Origin: an uncultured bacterium
GTDB taxonomy: Bacteria > Planctomycetota > UBA1135 > GCA-002686595
Direction of reading: 5' to 3'
DNA length: 64,000 bases
Assembly (NCBI GenBank): GCA_943787795.1
Contig: CALSNU010000005.1
Location: 160,001-224,000 of the forward strand
This document shows, one piece after another, positions 39,873-48,950 of this stretch; positions within the stretch are counted from its first letter, which is position 1; every line of letters begins with the position of its first letter. Below the pieces are notes generated by a model. That model was given only the letters and a program-made list of their open reading frames with translations. It was not told the DNA's origin and did no database searches. Position numbers and translations under genes: made by a program.

Positions 39873-40757
39873 TCAAGCCGCCGTTCGAACCGTCGAGGGC
39901 GTCGGGGTCCGGGCAGCGTCGAGGTCGGTGTGGGTGACGAGCACGAAGGCGCCGTCCTCGAGGTTCAGGGCCGTGGCGCGCCCGCGGAACGGGCGAGCCT
40001 CGCCGCCGATGCCCACGCGAGCATCGGCCGTGAAGGTGTGGCGCTCTCCGCGCAGGACGGCCTGGAGCTCCCGGAGGAACCGGTTGGCCCGCCCGTCACC
40101 GCTCTTGGCGGCCGCGGAGCAGACGGCCAGGTAGTCCGCGCCCACGCCGGTGCGCGACGGGTCGCCTCCGGCGTCCATGGTGAAGCGTCGCCAGGCGGCG
40201 TTCACGGCCACGATCCGGCCCTCGGTGTCGAGGACCGCGGCGTGCGCGGTGCAGTGCTCCAGGGCCTCGGTCAGGCGGTCGAACCGGCTCCCGGCCGGCA
40301 CGCTGAAGCCGGCCTCGGGAATGACGGTGGGGCGGACGGCCCCCTTGGTGACCTCGGTGGTGAAGGCGACCAGGACCAGGCGCTGGTCGCGGCCCATGAC
40401 GCGCTCGATGGTGGCGACGGTCCGGACGACTCCGCCCGTGCGGAGGGGGCGGTCGAACTCGAGTCGAGCCCGGTCCGCTCCGCCGGTCTGGATCTTCCTG
40501 ATCTGCGCGTGCATGGAGCCGGCCTCGCGGTTCCCGTTCAGCGCAGCCCGGCCCATGGCAGCCATGTAGTCCGCACCCTCACGGGCGTTCTCGAGCGGGA
40601 CCACATCCGTCTGGCGTGAGCTGCGGGACCAGGCGTCGTTGGCCTGGACGATGCACCCTGCCCCGTCGAGCAGCACGCAGCGGTCCGGCGTGGAGTCCAT
40701 GGCGAAGTTGGCCTCGGACAGGGTCAGGGTCTGCGAGTTTGATTTGGGTGCGGACAT
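39873..40757 (-). CDS. Stand-alone tandem PAS-domain protein
   Basis: Two copies of (L/V)LD..G.IV..N.AW.R....GADY(M/L)A; no kinase or GGDEF output domain. ORF is open from 40790. Confidence 0.75.
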   Translation of the reverse strand: MSAPKSNSQTLTLSEANFAMDSTPDRCVLLDGAGCIVQANDAWSRSSRQTDVVPLENAREGADYMAAMGRAALNGNREAGSMHAQIRKIQTGGADRARLEFDRPLRTGGVVRTVATIERVMGRDQRLVLVAFTTEVTKGAVRPTVIPEAGFSVPAGSRFDRLTEALEHCTAHAAVLDTEGRIVAVNAAWRRFTMDAGGDPSRTGVGADYLAVCSAAAKSGDGRANRFLRELQAVLRGERHTFTADARVGIGGEARPFRGRATALNLEDGAFVLVTHTDLDAARTPTPSTVRTAA

Positions 40758-40920
40758 GGTCGATGGGTTCCTTGGGTGCGGTGTCACCATCTGGGGTATC
40801 GGACTGATCCGCGGATCCCTTGAGCGGCGAAGCGGTCCGGCGGGAGCCCTTTGGCGCAGGTCGTCCCGAACGGGGAGCCAGGTCCCATCCTTGGTCCCAG
40901 CCGGTCCCTATGGGCTCCGG

Positions 40921-41020
40921 GTGGCGCCTCGGTGTGTCTCTGCGCGCCTCAGCCTGCGCCTGTGTACCTCCGTCCGCGCCTGTGCACCTCCGTCCGCGCC
41001 AGTGCGTCTCAGTGCGCCTC
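40921..41020. repeat. 10/20-bp periodic repeat overlapping the polA stop codon
   Basis: Decamers such as agtgcgcctc / agtgcgtctc / tgtgcacctc / cgtccgcgcc, all in register. Confidence 0.65.
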
Positions 41021-43726
41021 GAGCCAGTCGGCGCCCCAGCCGAAGTCCACCACGAGGGGGACGTCGAGCTCCACAGCATTCTCCATGGCGTCCTTGACCA
41101 TGGCGATGGTGGCGTCCAGTTCTCGCTCCGGGACCTCGAGCACCAGCTCGTCATGGACCTGGAGCAGGAGCTGTGCGGCGAGCTCAGACTCATCCAGGCG
41201 CTGGTCCAGCTTGATCATTGCGCACTTGATGATGTCAGCAGCGGAGCCCTGAACGGGGGTGTTGACCGCAGCGTTCTCCGAGGCCACGCGGGCCCGTTGG
41301 TTCGACGAGTTGATGTCCGGCATCTGCCGGCGGCGGCCCATGAGGGTCTCCACATAGCCTTGCTCTCTCGCGCCGGCGAGCACGCCGTCGATCCAGCCGC
41401 GCACGCTCGGGAAGGCGGCGAAGTAGCGGTCGATGAAGTCCCGCGCCTCCGGGACGGTGAGCCCCGTCTCCCGCGCGAGGCGCTGGGGCCCCATGCCGTA
41501 GAGCAGGCCGAAGTTGATGGCCTTGGCCTGGCTGCGCATGGTCCGGTCGACCATCTCGGGGAAGACGTCGAAGATCACCGACGCCGTGGAGGCGTGGATG
41601 TCCTTCCCGTCACGGAAGGCCTGGGCGAGCTTCTCGTCGCCGCACAGGTGGGCCAGGACCCGGAGCTCGACCTGGCTGTAGTCCGCCGCGAGGAGGACCC
41701 ACTTGCCGTGCTCGTCCGGCTCGCGCGGGACGAAGGCGGAGCGCAGCCGCCGGCCGCGCTCGGTGCGCACCGGAATATTCTGGAGGTTCGGATCGCTCGA
41801 CGCGAGCCGTCCGGTGGCGGCGACGGCCTGACTAAAGGAGCAGTGGATGCGGCCTGTCTTCGGGTTCACGAAGTTAGGCAGTGCGTCCACGTATGTGCTC
41901 TTGAGCTTCGCGACCTCGCGGTACTCCAGCAGGCGGCGCACGATCTCCACGTCCCCGTAGTTCTCGTTCAGGGTCGCCTGATCCGTGGCGTAGCCAGTCT
42001 TGGTCTTCTTGACCCGCTTGACGCCGGCCTCCTCCTGGATGCGGAGCTTCTCGAAGAGGATCGTCCCGAGGGCCTTCGGGCTGTTCACCTTGAGCCCCGG
42101 CTCTCCTGCCAACCGGCGGACGTCCTGCTCGGCGGCGTCGATGTCGCGCGTCAGCTCCTTGCCCAGCTCCTGGATGGCTGGGACGTTGAGCCGGATACCG
42201 CGCCGTTCCATCTGCGTCAGCACCCGGACCAGCGGCATCTCGAGATCGTGGAACAGGGGCTCGTTGTCGGTCTCCTTGAGCTCGACGGACAGGCGCTCAA
42301 AGAGGCGGTAGGTCACCTCTGCGTCCTCGCAGGCGTACTCGCCCACCACGTCCACGGGCACCTCGGCCATGGTGATCTGCTTCTTCCCCGTGCCGATCAG
42401 GTGCGAGGTCGGGATCTTGGTCATGCCCAGCTCGACCAGGGCCAGGTGATCGAGGTTGTGGCGGCGGCTGGACCCGTGGATGGTGAAGCTCGCCACCATC
42501 GTGTCGAAGGCGGGGGGGGGCACGCTGATCCCCTGGGCGCCCATGACCAGCGCGTCGTACTTCTCGTTCTGCGCGATACGGAAGAGCTCGGGGTCCGTCA
42601 TGAGCGGCCGGAGCCGGTCAAGGAGCGCTGGGGGGCCTCCCTCGAGAACCGGAGGGTCGAGGTTGAACGGCACATAGAACGCTCGCCCGGCTTCGCAGCA
42701 GAACGACATGCCGACGAGGTCCACCTGCAGCGCTGCGAGCCCGGTGGTCTCCGTGTCCCAGGCGAAGGCGCCCGCTGAGGTGAGCTCCGCGATCATCTGG
42801 TCGAGCTCGGCCTCGGTGCGGACGAGGACGTCCTCGCGGTCGCCGGCGCCGTCCACCTGGACGTCGCTGCTCATCTCCTCGGCGAGGCTGCGGAAGTCGA
42901 GGTCCTGGAAGATGCTCCGCAGCTCCGAGACGTCCGGCGTCGCCGGGGTGATCGACTCAAGGCCGCGCTCGAGGGGGACGGCCGTGTCGATGGTCACCAA
43001 CTCCAGGGACAGGAGGAGGTTCTCCCGGTCGTCCTCGAGCTTCTCCCGAGTCTTCCCCTTCACCTCCTCGATGCGCTCGAGGATGCCCGCGACGGAGCCG
43101 AACTCAGCGATGAGCTTCTTGGCCCCTTTCTCGCCGATCCCCTTCACGCCGGGGACGTTGTCGGAGGCGTCGCCCATGATCGCGAGGACGTCGATGACGT
43201 GGTCTGGCGTGGTACCGAACTTGGCCTCCACCTCCTCCACGCCCTCGATCACGAGGTCCACGCCAGGTTTGAAGATGTTGTGCAGCTGCAGACCCGGGTC
43301 CACCAGCTGCATGAGGTCCTTGTCCCCGGTGACGATCCTGACCTCGTGTCCGGCCTCGCGGGCGCGCGTCGCCAGGGTGCCGATGACGTCGTCGGCCTCG
43401 TAGCCGGGGATCTCGAACAGCTCGACGCCGTGCGCCGCGATGATCCTGCGGATGTCCTCCAGCTGCTCGATCATCTCCTCGGGGGCCCGCTCACGGGTCG
43501 CCTTGTATTCGGCGTAGCGCTCGTGTCGGAACGTCGGTCCCTTGGCGTCCAGCGCGACGGCCACCAGGTCGGGAGCTTCCTCGCGGAGGATCCGGCGCAG
43601 CGCCATGGTGAAGCCGTAGGTTGCGCCCGTGGGGCGCCCGTCGGGCGCGGAGAGGCCCGAGCGCATCATCGCGAAGTGCGACCGATAGGCGACGGCGGTG
43701 CCGTCGAAGAGGAAGAGTCGACCCAT
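41009..43726 (-). CDS. polA: DNA polymerase I
   Basis: 5'-3' exonuclease motifs (YKATR, EADDVIGTL, GDASDNVPGVKGIG), DTETT, ADYSQVELR, KAINFGLLYG and LQVHDEL. Confidence 0.97.
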   Translation of the reverse strand: MGRLFLFDGTAVAYRSHFAMMRSGLSAPDGRPTGATYGFTMALRRILREEAPDLVAVALDAKGPTFRHERYAEYKATRERAPEEMIEQLEDIRRIIAAHGVELFEIPGYEADDVIGTLATRAREAGHEVRIVTGDKDLMQLVDPGLQLHNIFKPGVDLVIEGVEEVEAKFGTTPDHVIDVLAIMGDASDNVPGVKGIGEKGAKKLIAEFGSVAGILERIEEVKGKTREKLEDDRENLLLSLELVTIDTAVPLERGLESITPATPDVSELRSIFQDLDFRSLAEEMSSDVQVDGAGDREDVLVRTEAELDQMIAELTSAGAFAWDTETTGLAALQVDLVGMSFCCEAGRAFYVPFNLDPPVLEGGPPALLDRLRPLMTDPELFRIAQNEKYDALVMGAQGISVPPPAFDTMVASFTIHGSSRRHNLDHLALVELGMTKIPTSHLIGTGKKQITMAEVPVDVVGEYACEDAEVTYRLFERLSVELKETDNEPLFHDLEMPLVRVLTQMERRGIRLNVPAIQELGKELTRDIDAAEQDVRRLAGEPGLKVNSPKALGTILFEKLRIQEEAGVKRVKKTKTGYATDQATLNENYGDVEIVRRLLEYREVAKLKSTYVDALPNFVNPKTGRIHCSFSQAVAATGRLASSDPNLQNIPVRTERGRRLRSAFVPREPDEHGKWVLLAADYSQVELRVLAHLCGDEKLAQAFRDGKDIHASTASVIFDVFPEMVDRTMRSQAKAINFGLLYGMGPQRLARETGLTVPEARDFIDRYFAAFPSVRGWIDGVLAGAREQGYVETLMGRRRQMPDINSSNQRARVASENAAVNTPVQGSAADIIKCAMIKLDQRLDESELAAQLLLQVHDELVLEVPERELDATIAMVKDAMENAVELDVPLVVDFGWGADWLEAH

Positions 43727-43817
43727 GACCGTGAGGCTACGGGTCGGGGCTCAGCGTTGCTCGCGCCCTCGCCCGGAAACCGGAAGCCCCACCGGGGAAC
43801 GAGGGCGGCGGGGCGCC

Positions 43818-43873
43818 GCCGTGTGGGCAAGCCCGTGTGGGTAAGGCCGTGTGGACAAGGCCGTGTGGGCAAG
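43818..43873. repeat. 14-bp tandem repeat x4, each carrying a DnaA-box-like 9-mer, upstream of polA
   Basis: tgtgggcaa, tgtgggtaa, tgtggacaa and tgtgggcaa at 43822, 43836, 43850 and 43864. Confidence 0.75.
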
Positions 43874-43968
43874 GGGGGACGGCGACTCGCGGGGAGAGCC
43901 CTGCCCTGCCGTGCCGCAGCTCGCCATGGGAGAAGCCGGTCTCGGTGAGTCCCGCTCGGCGAGATGAG

Positions 43969-44048
43969 CTCACCGCCCGTTCATCTCACAGCCGGGTCGA
44001 CTCACAGCCGGGTCAACTCACTGCCGGGTCAACTCACTGCCAGGTCAC
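43969..44048. repeat. 16-bp tandem repeat x5 derived from the 3' end of the endonuclease gene
   Basis: ctcactgccaggtcac (gene end with stop), ctcactgccgggtcaa, ctcacagccgggtcaa, ctcacagccgggtcga, ctcaccgcccgttcat. Confidence 0.85.
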
Positions 44049-45347
44049 CGACCAGGCGTCGGTGAAGTTGCTGGTCACCTGGCCGGCGACGGCGTCCCGG
44101 TACCAGGCCTGGAAGTTCCAGGTCTCGCCGATCACTGCGCTCACCGGACCGGTGGGCTGGGGCAGCGAGGTGAAGTCCACCGCGACCGCAAAGCTCCCGA
44201 AGAAGCTCGAGTTGAGGATCTGGCCGCCGACGACGCGGCCGATGTTGCCACCGAGGCACAGGTTGCCCGCGCTCCCGCCCGGGTTGGTGATGAACCCCTG
44301 GGTCTGGCTGCACAGGAAGAAGCCCGCGGACTGCGTCGGCAGCTGATTCGCGAGCAGCCGGAAGTCGTCGTTGGCGATGACGGCGCTGCCGCGGCCCTCG
44401 ATCACGCCGGGTTGCCCCGTGGAGTTGGACGCGGCGGGGGAGCAGTAGGCGGCACCGGGCTCACACAGCCCGGCGAACAGGCAGTCGACCCACTCTGGGT
44501 GGTCAACGAAGGGGTTGCGGTTCCCCTGAAACGAGGCCACGACGTCGTTGCGCGTCAGCTCGAAGGCGTCGACCGGATCGGAGTAGTGCCAGTCGAGGAG
44601 CACGGCGAGCCTACCCATGTACGCGACGGGCTCGTTCTGACCGGTATTCGAGGCGGCGATCTGGCCGGTGTTGTCCGTCAGGATCAGGTTCGGCTCGGAG
44701 ACCCCGGTGACGCCGTGGGTGCCGCCCTCGTAGCGCACGTCAGCGTAGAGCTGCGCTCGGGCGATATCTCCCTGGTTGAACACGTTCACCTGGAACGTCC
44801 CGTTGGTGAAGGAGCCTGACGTCCAGTTGGACTGGCCAGGGAAGACACCGCTGCCGCCGCCCACGCCGCCGTTGGAGTCGGTGGTGAGCTCTCCGCAGCC
44901 CGCGCTGCAGGCGCCAAATGGCTTGTTACTCCGGCTGGAGTTGTAGCCGTCGTCACACAAGAAGAGCATGTGGCAGTCGGTGAAGGGCATGTTGCCCGAC
45001 CCGTTGCTGGGGAACCCGTACGAGGTCGGCCAGCTGTGCTCGCGGTTGTAGAAGGAGTTCCCTCCGGATTGCCGGACGAAGCTGCGGTTCCGGTAGACGT
45101 CCAGGATGCGCGACGAGTTCGCGGGGTCGCGCTGCGCGACCCCCAGGATGTCCCAGGTGTCGGTGGAGCTGCTCGTGTACGGATACCGCGTGTGGTCGTC
45201 GATGACGGCGTGCAGCGAGCTGCGCAGCGACGCCGCGGTGCTCGTGTCGACGCTCGAGTAGTAGCCAGGGGGCGGCCCTTGCGCGAAGCCCGAGGCGGCG
45301 AGAACGACGATGGCGATGGGGAGGCCGGTGATCTGGGTGAATCGCAT
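44034..45347 (-). CDS. Secreted endonuclease I family (Bsn-like) nuclease + shared C-terminal domain
   Basis: Signal peptide, YNREHSWP, NSSRSNKPF, GDIARA.LY.DVRYEG and QGNRNPFVDHP, followed by the YC..NSTG...FQAWYRD tail. Confidence 0.9.
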   Translation of the reverse strand: MRFTQITGLPIAIVVLAASGFAQGPPPGYYSSVDTSTAASLRSSLHAVIDDHTRYPYTSSSTDTWDILGVAQRDPANSSRILDVYRNRSFVRQSGGNSFYNREHSWPTSYGFPSNGSGNMPFTDCHMLFLCDDGYNSSRSNKPFGACSAGCGELTTDSNGGVGGGSGVFPGQSNWTSGSFTNGTFQVNVFNQGDIARAQLYADVRYEGGTHGVTGVSEPNLILTDNTGQIAASNTGQNEPVAYMGRLAVLLDWHYSDPVDAFELTRNDVVASFQGNRNPFVDHPEWVDCLFAGLCEPGAAYCSPAASNSTGQPGVIEGRGSAVIANDDFRLLANQLPTQSAGFFLCSQTQGFITNPGGSAGNLCLGGNIGRVVGGQILNSSFFGSFAVAVDFTSLPQPTGPVSAVIGETWNFQAWYRDAVAGQVTSNFTDAWSVTWQ

Positions 45348-45473
45348 GCTGGTGGACCGCAGGAGGCGGGGTCCAAGAGTAACGCGGCGGGGCCGCCTTC
45401 CCGCTGGAAGACGGCCCCGATCCTGCGCCTGCGCCCCGAGTTGAGTCGGGACGGGGCATCCTCGGTCAGCGGA

Positions 45474-46652
45474 TCAAAGGAACGCGATCTCGAGACCGTT
45501 GGTGAAGTTCGAGGTCGCGGACCCAGCGACAGCGTCGCGGTGCCAGGCCTGGAAGCGCCAGGTCTCACCAGCGGCAACGGTCACGAACCCGGTGGGCTGG
45601 GGGACCTGGGTGAGATCAAGGGCGAGCGAGAAGGCCCCGGTGGTCCCGGAGTTCTTGATCTGCCCGGCGCCGACGTAGCGCCCGATCGACCCGCCGAGGC
45701 AGAGGTTGCCGCTGCTGCCGCCGGGGTTCGCGACGAACCCGCTGTCGAGGCTGGCGAGGAAGAAGCCGAAGGAGTTGACGGGGAGGCTCGATGCCTCAAG
45801 CGTCAGGTCGTTCGAGGCTGCGAGGGGCGTGCCGCTCGCGCCCAGGGCGCTGATGCTCCCCGTGCTGTTGTTGTTCGCCGAGCAGTACGGCGTGCCGACG
45901 CTGCCGCTGCCGCCGCAGGAGCCCGCGGAGGCCGTCGTCGTGCAGCTCGTCGTCGGGTTGATGGCGTTCGGCGACGGGTCGGCGTACGGGGGGTTCGGGT
46001 TGCCGTTCGTCGAGAAGTTGACGAACACGTCCGTGCACCACTCGCCGGGGCAGCCGCCGTCGCGGATGATCCCGGAGGGGAGGAAGGAGCCGTCCGGCCC
46101 GAACTCGGGAGCGCCGTCGTAGAACACGTCGCCGGCGTCGCCGTCCCAGAAGGCCACGGCGTCGAGGAGCTCGACGTCCATGTCCGTCGCGATACGGGTG
46201 GTCAGGGAGCCGACGGGGTCGGAGATGTCGGTACCCGCCCAGGTCTGGATAATGTCCTGGCGCTTGATCGGGTCCGGCACGTTGACGAGATAGATCGTCG
46301 CGCTGCTGTTCTCGAACATGTTGTCGCCATAGGACGCGTTGTCGATGTCGCCGGGGAAGGCCGTGGCGGCCTCCGAGCTACCGAGAACGTAGAACTCGTT
46401 CGTGAAGACGTCGCCCGCCAGGTCGTAGGCGAAGTCGAGCGTGCCGACGCCGCCGGTCGCGCCGGCGGGGTCACCCTCGACGACGAGGACCATGAGCCCG
46501 TCGGTGGACTGACCAGGGAGCCCTTGGATCTCGACGTACTCCTGGTCGACGCCGGAGGTCGAGATGCGGACCTCGGTCATGACCTGGGACTGGGCGATGC
46601 TCGCGAAGGCGAGGGTGCCTGCAACGTGGACGAAGTTCTTGGAGAGTTTCAT
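45474..46652 (-). CDS. Secreted acidic protein (lamin-tail-like N-domain) + shared C-terminal domain
   Basis: ATG 46652 begins the signal peptide MKLSKNFVHVAGTLAFASIAQS; TEV....DQEYVEI motif; YC..NSTG...FQAWHRD tail. Confidence 0.78.
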   Translation of the reverse strand: MKLSKNFVHVAGTLAFASIAQSQVMTEVRISTSGVDQEYVEIQGLPGQSTDGLMVLVVEGDPAGATGGVGTLDFAYDLAGDVFTNEFYVLGSSEAATAFPGDIDNASYGDNMFENSSATIYLVNVPDPIKRQDIIQTWAGTDISDPVGSLTTRIATDMDVELLDAVAFWDGDAGDVFYDGAPEFGPDGSFLPSGIIRDGGCPGEWCTDVFVNFSTNGNPNPPYADPSPNAINPTTSCTTTASAGSCGGSGSVGTPYCSANNNSTGSISALGASGTPLAASNDLTLEASSLPVNSFGFFLASLDSGFVANPGGSSGNLCLGGSIGRYVGAGQIKNSGTTGAFSLALDLTQVPQPTGFVTVAAGETWRFQAWHRDAVAGSATSNFTNGLEIAFL

Positions 46653-47058
46653 GGGGGGAGGTCCGGGACCAGTTGGAGAGCGCGAGTCAGAAGGAAGCGT
46701 GGCGCGACGTGGAGGCCTGCCGTGCAGGGCAGAGAAGCCGTCCCGAGAAGCGTCGCGATCGGAGCCCGAGAGCCCCGGCACGACAGAATTCGCCAACGAG
46801 GATAAGGATCGCCCTGGAGCGGACGATGAAGAAAGACAACTCAATCCTGCGGGGGTGCCGCCCGTGTGTCGAGTCGGGGCGTCCCCGGATTTCCGCCTCA
46901 CGGCTGGCCGTGTCTGATCGGGAAGGGGATTGTGGGCTCGGGGCCGTACGGAAGTGTCTCCTTGCGAGACAGGTGCGCCCCTCTCCTGTCTTCCGATCGC
47001 GCCCCAAGACCCCCGCACGCGTCAGCTGGCCCCACCAAGGATCCACGCGCTCAAGCCC

Positions 47059-48105
47059 ATGATGGACGACCAGCAGCCTCCCGTACCCACCGCCCGCGCG
47101 CTCCAGGGAGGGGTCCTCATGGGCCTCGCCAATCTCGTCCCCGGGATCAGCGGCGGGACGATGATCCTCGCGATCGGCCTCTACGAGCAGTTCATCGCCG
47201 CCGTGGCCGACGTCTCGAGGCTCCGTCTCAAGCGCTCCTCTGTTCAATTCCTCACCGTCATGGCGGTGGGACTCGGGGCCGCGGTGGTGATCTTCTCGGG
47301 GGTGGCTGTGCTCCTCGTGACGGAGTACCGGCCGGTCATGTACGCGCTGTTCATCGGCATGACGCTCGGCGGCGCGCCGGAGCTCTGGCGCGAGTGCCGT
47401 CCCCTTCGACCGGGGACCGTGGCCGCCGTGGCTGTCGGCGTCGCGGCCATGGCTGCGTTCGCGTCGCTCGGAGGGAGTGCCCCATTGCAGGCGACGATCC
47501 CCGTGCTGCTCCTCGTCGGAGCCGCCGGAGCGAGCAGCATGATCCTCCCCGGGATCAGTGGTTCCTACGTCCTCCTCGTGCTCGGGATGTACGACACGGT
47601 CGTCGGATCGCTCTCGTTCAGTCGCTTGAAGGAGAGCCCCGTCGAGTCCCTCTCGATCATCGTCCCCGTGGTGCTCGGCGCCGTCCTCGGCATCGCGCTC
47701 CTCTCCAACCTCCTCAAGGCGCTGCTCCAGCGTTTCGCGGCGCCCTCCCACGGTGTGCTGCTCGGACTCCTCCTGGGATCGGTGTTGGGGCTCTACCCGT
47801 TCCAGCAGCCGGTACACCCCGAGCTCGCGACCCGAGACGTCCGCAAGGCGATCGTCTCCGTGGTCGTGGAGCAAGAGCCCGTGGAGCAGGTGGCTGCCCG
47901 CGTCGAGGCGGTCGACGCCAAGGACCTGTCGGTCTACGCCAGCAGGTGGGAGGGGCAGTCGAAGGGGGACCTCAAGCGCGCCGGGCTGGCGCTCGCACGC
48001 TTCCGTCCGGACCTCGTCCAGGTCGCCGGGGCGGCGCTGCTGTTCCTCCTGGGATTCGCCGTCACCCGACGCCTCGGGCGCGGGGGCCGGTCGGCTGCAT
48101 CCTGA
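47059..48105 (+). CDS. DUF368 family membrane protein (undecaprenyl-phosphate translocase-like)
   Basis: MGLANLVPGISGGT and MILPGISGSYVLL signature repeats. Confidence 0.9.
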   Translation: MMDDQQPPVPTARALQGGVLMGLANLVPGISGGTMILAIGLYEQFIAAVADVSRLRLKRSSVQFLTVMAVGLGAAVVIFSGVAVLLVTEYRPVMYALFIGMTLGGAPELWRECRPLRPGTVAAVAVGVAAMAAFASLGGSAPLQATIPVLLLVGAAGASSMILPGISGSYVLLVLGMYDTVVGSLSFSRLKESPVESLSIIVPVVLGAVLGIALLSNLLKALLQRFAAPSHGVLLGLLLGSVLGLYPFQQPVHPELATRDVRKAIVSVVVEQEPVEQVAARVEAVDAKDLSVYASRWEGQSKGDLKRAGLALARFRPDLVQVAGAALLFLLGFAVTRRLGRGGRSAAS

Positions 48106-48305
48106 GGCGTCCTGCTCGGCCGGGGCCTGGCCATCACCTGACTCGACGGATGGGGTACGGCGCGCAGGACTCGCCCGCATCAGGGTCGACGGGCGCACGG
48201 GATCTTCGCTCACCCGGGCCACTCGAGTCCTTCGCTGCCCTTCCAGCGAGCGGGGAATCGAAGGAACTGTCGCGTCGACGGCCGGGTCTGCCGCAAAATT
48301 CGGCC

Positions 48306-48869
48306 ATGCGACCGCTCCTCCGAATGACCCTCCGCCTTGCCCCGCTCCTGCTCCTCGGCGCCTGCTCTTCGACCGCGACCACCGTCGAGACCTTCAGCGA
48401 CCCAAGGGACGCCACGGAGGGCCTGGTTGCGGCGCTCGAGGCGGACGATGTCGCCGAGGCCAACAGGATCTTCGGGCTCTACGCCCGCTCGTCCGTGCTC
48501 CGCAACTCGGTCTTCTATGCCCTTGTCGAGGCGGCGTCCGGCGAGTTCTTCGCGGGCAATGACGCCAGCGGCCGACGCCTCGTCGAGTTCGCGCAGGCGA
48601 ACTTCCCGAGGGCGGGCTACGAGAACGCCGACGCGCTGGAGGCCGAGCTGCGCGCGGGGCTGGGCGAGGGACTCGAGGTGGTCGAATCCGCCTACGCCAA
48701 CGCCACCGCAGCGCTGAAGGCCCTGCAGGAGGTTCAGGACGCCATCGACAACGAGGAGACCCTGCTCGCCGAGGAGCGCTTCAACGCCTTCGTCCGGACC
48801 TGGAACGGGGAGCCCGCTGAGCTTCAGGCTGACGTCGACCGGATCAAGAAGTTGCTGGCGGACGACTGA
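48306..48869 (+). CDS. Hypothetical helical lipoprotein
   Basis: LLLLGAC lipobox after ATG 48306; this is the coding 3' part of ORF 46866..48869. Confidence 0.7.
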   Translation: MRPLLRMTLRLAPLLLLGACSSTATTVETFSDPRDATEGLVAALEADDVAEANRIFGLYARSSVLRNSVFYALVEAASGEFFAGNDASGRRLVEFAQANFPRAGYENADALEAELRAGLGEGLEVVESAYANATAALKALQEVQDAIDNEETLLAEERFNAFVRTWNGEPAELQADVDRIKKLLADD

Positions 48870-48870
48870 A

Positions 48871-48942
48871 GCCCTGCAGGTACGGGAGGCCCGGCTGGTA
48901 CGCGGCGCCCGGCTGGTACCTCCGACCCGGCTGGCACGCGGC
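48871..48942. repeat. 18-bp tandem repeat x4 between convergent genes
   Basis: Consensus gcccggctggtacgcggc. Confidence 0.75.
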
Positions 48943-48950
48943 GCGGTGAG

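Noticed and set aside
42512..42520. G9 tract inside polA as a phase-variation site
   Set aside because: It is in frame within the Pro-rich SVPPPAF stretch of an intact conserved gene.
39491..44048. Short repeat arrays as CRISPR
   Set aside because: Units are 10-16 bp, directly abutting with no unique spacers, and there are no cas genes.
46653..47058. Long non-coding region as a riboswitch or ncRNA
   Set aside because: Only small hairpins are present and no aptamer consensus was recognised; an Rfam/Infernal search would be needed.
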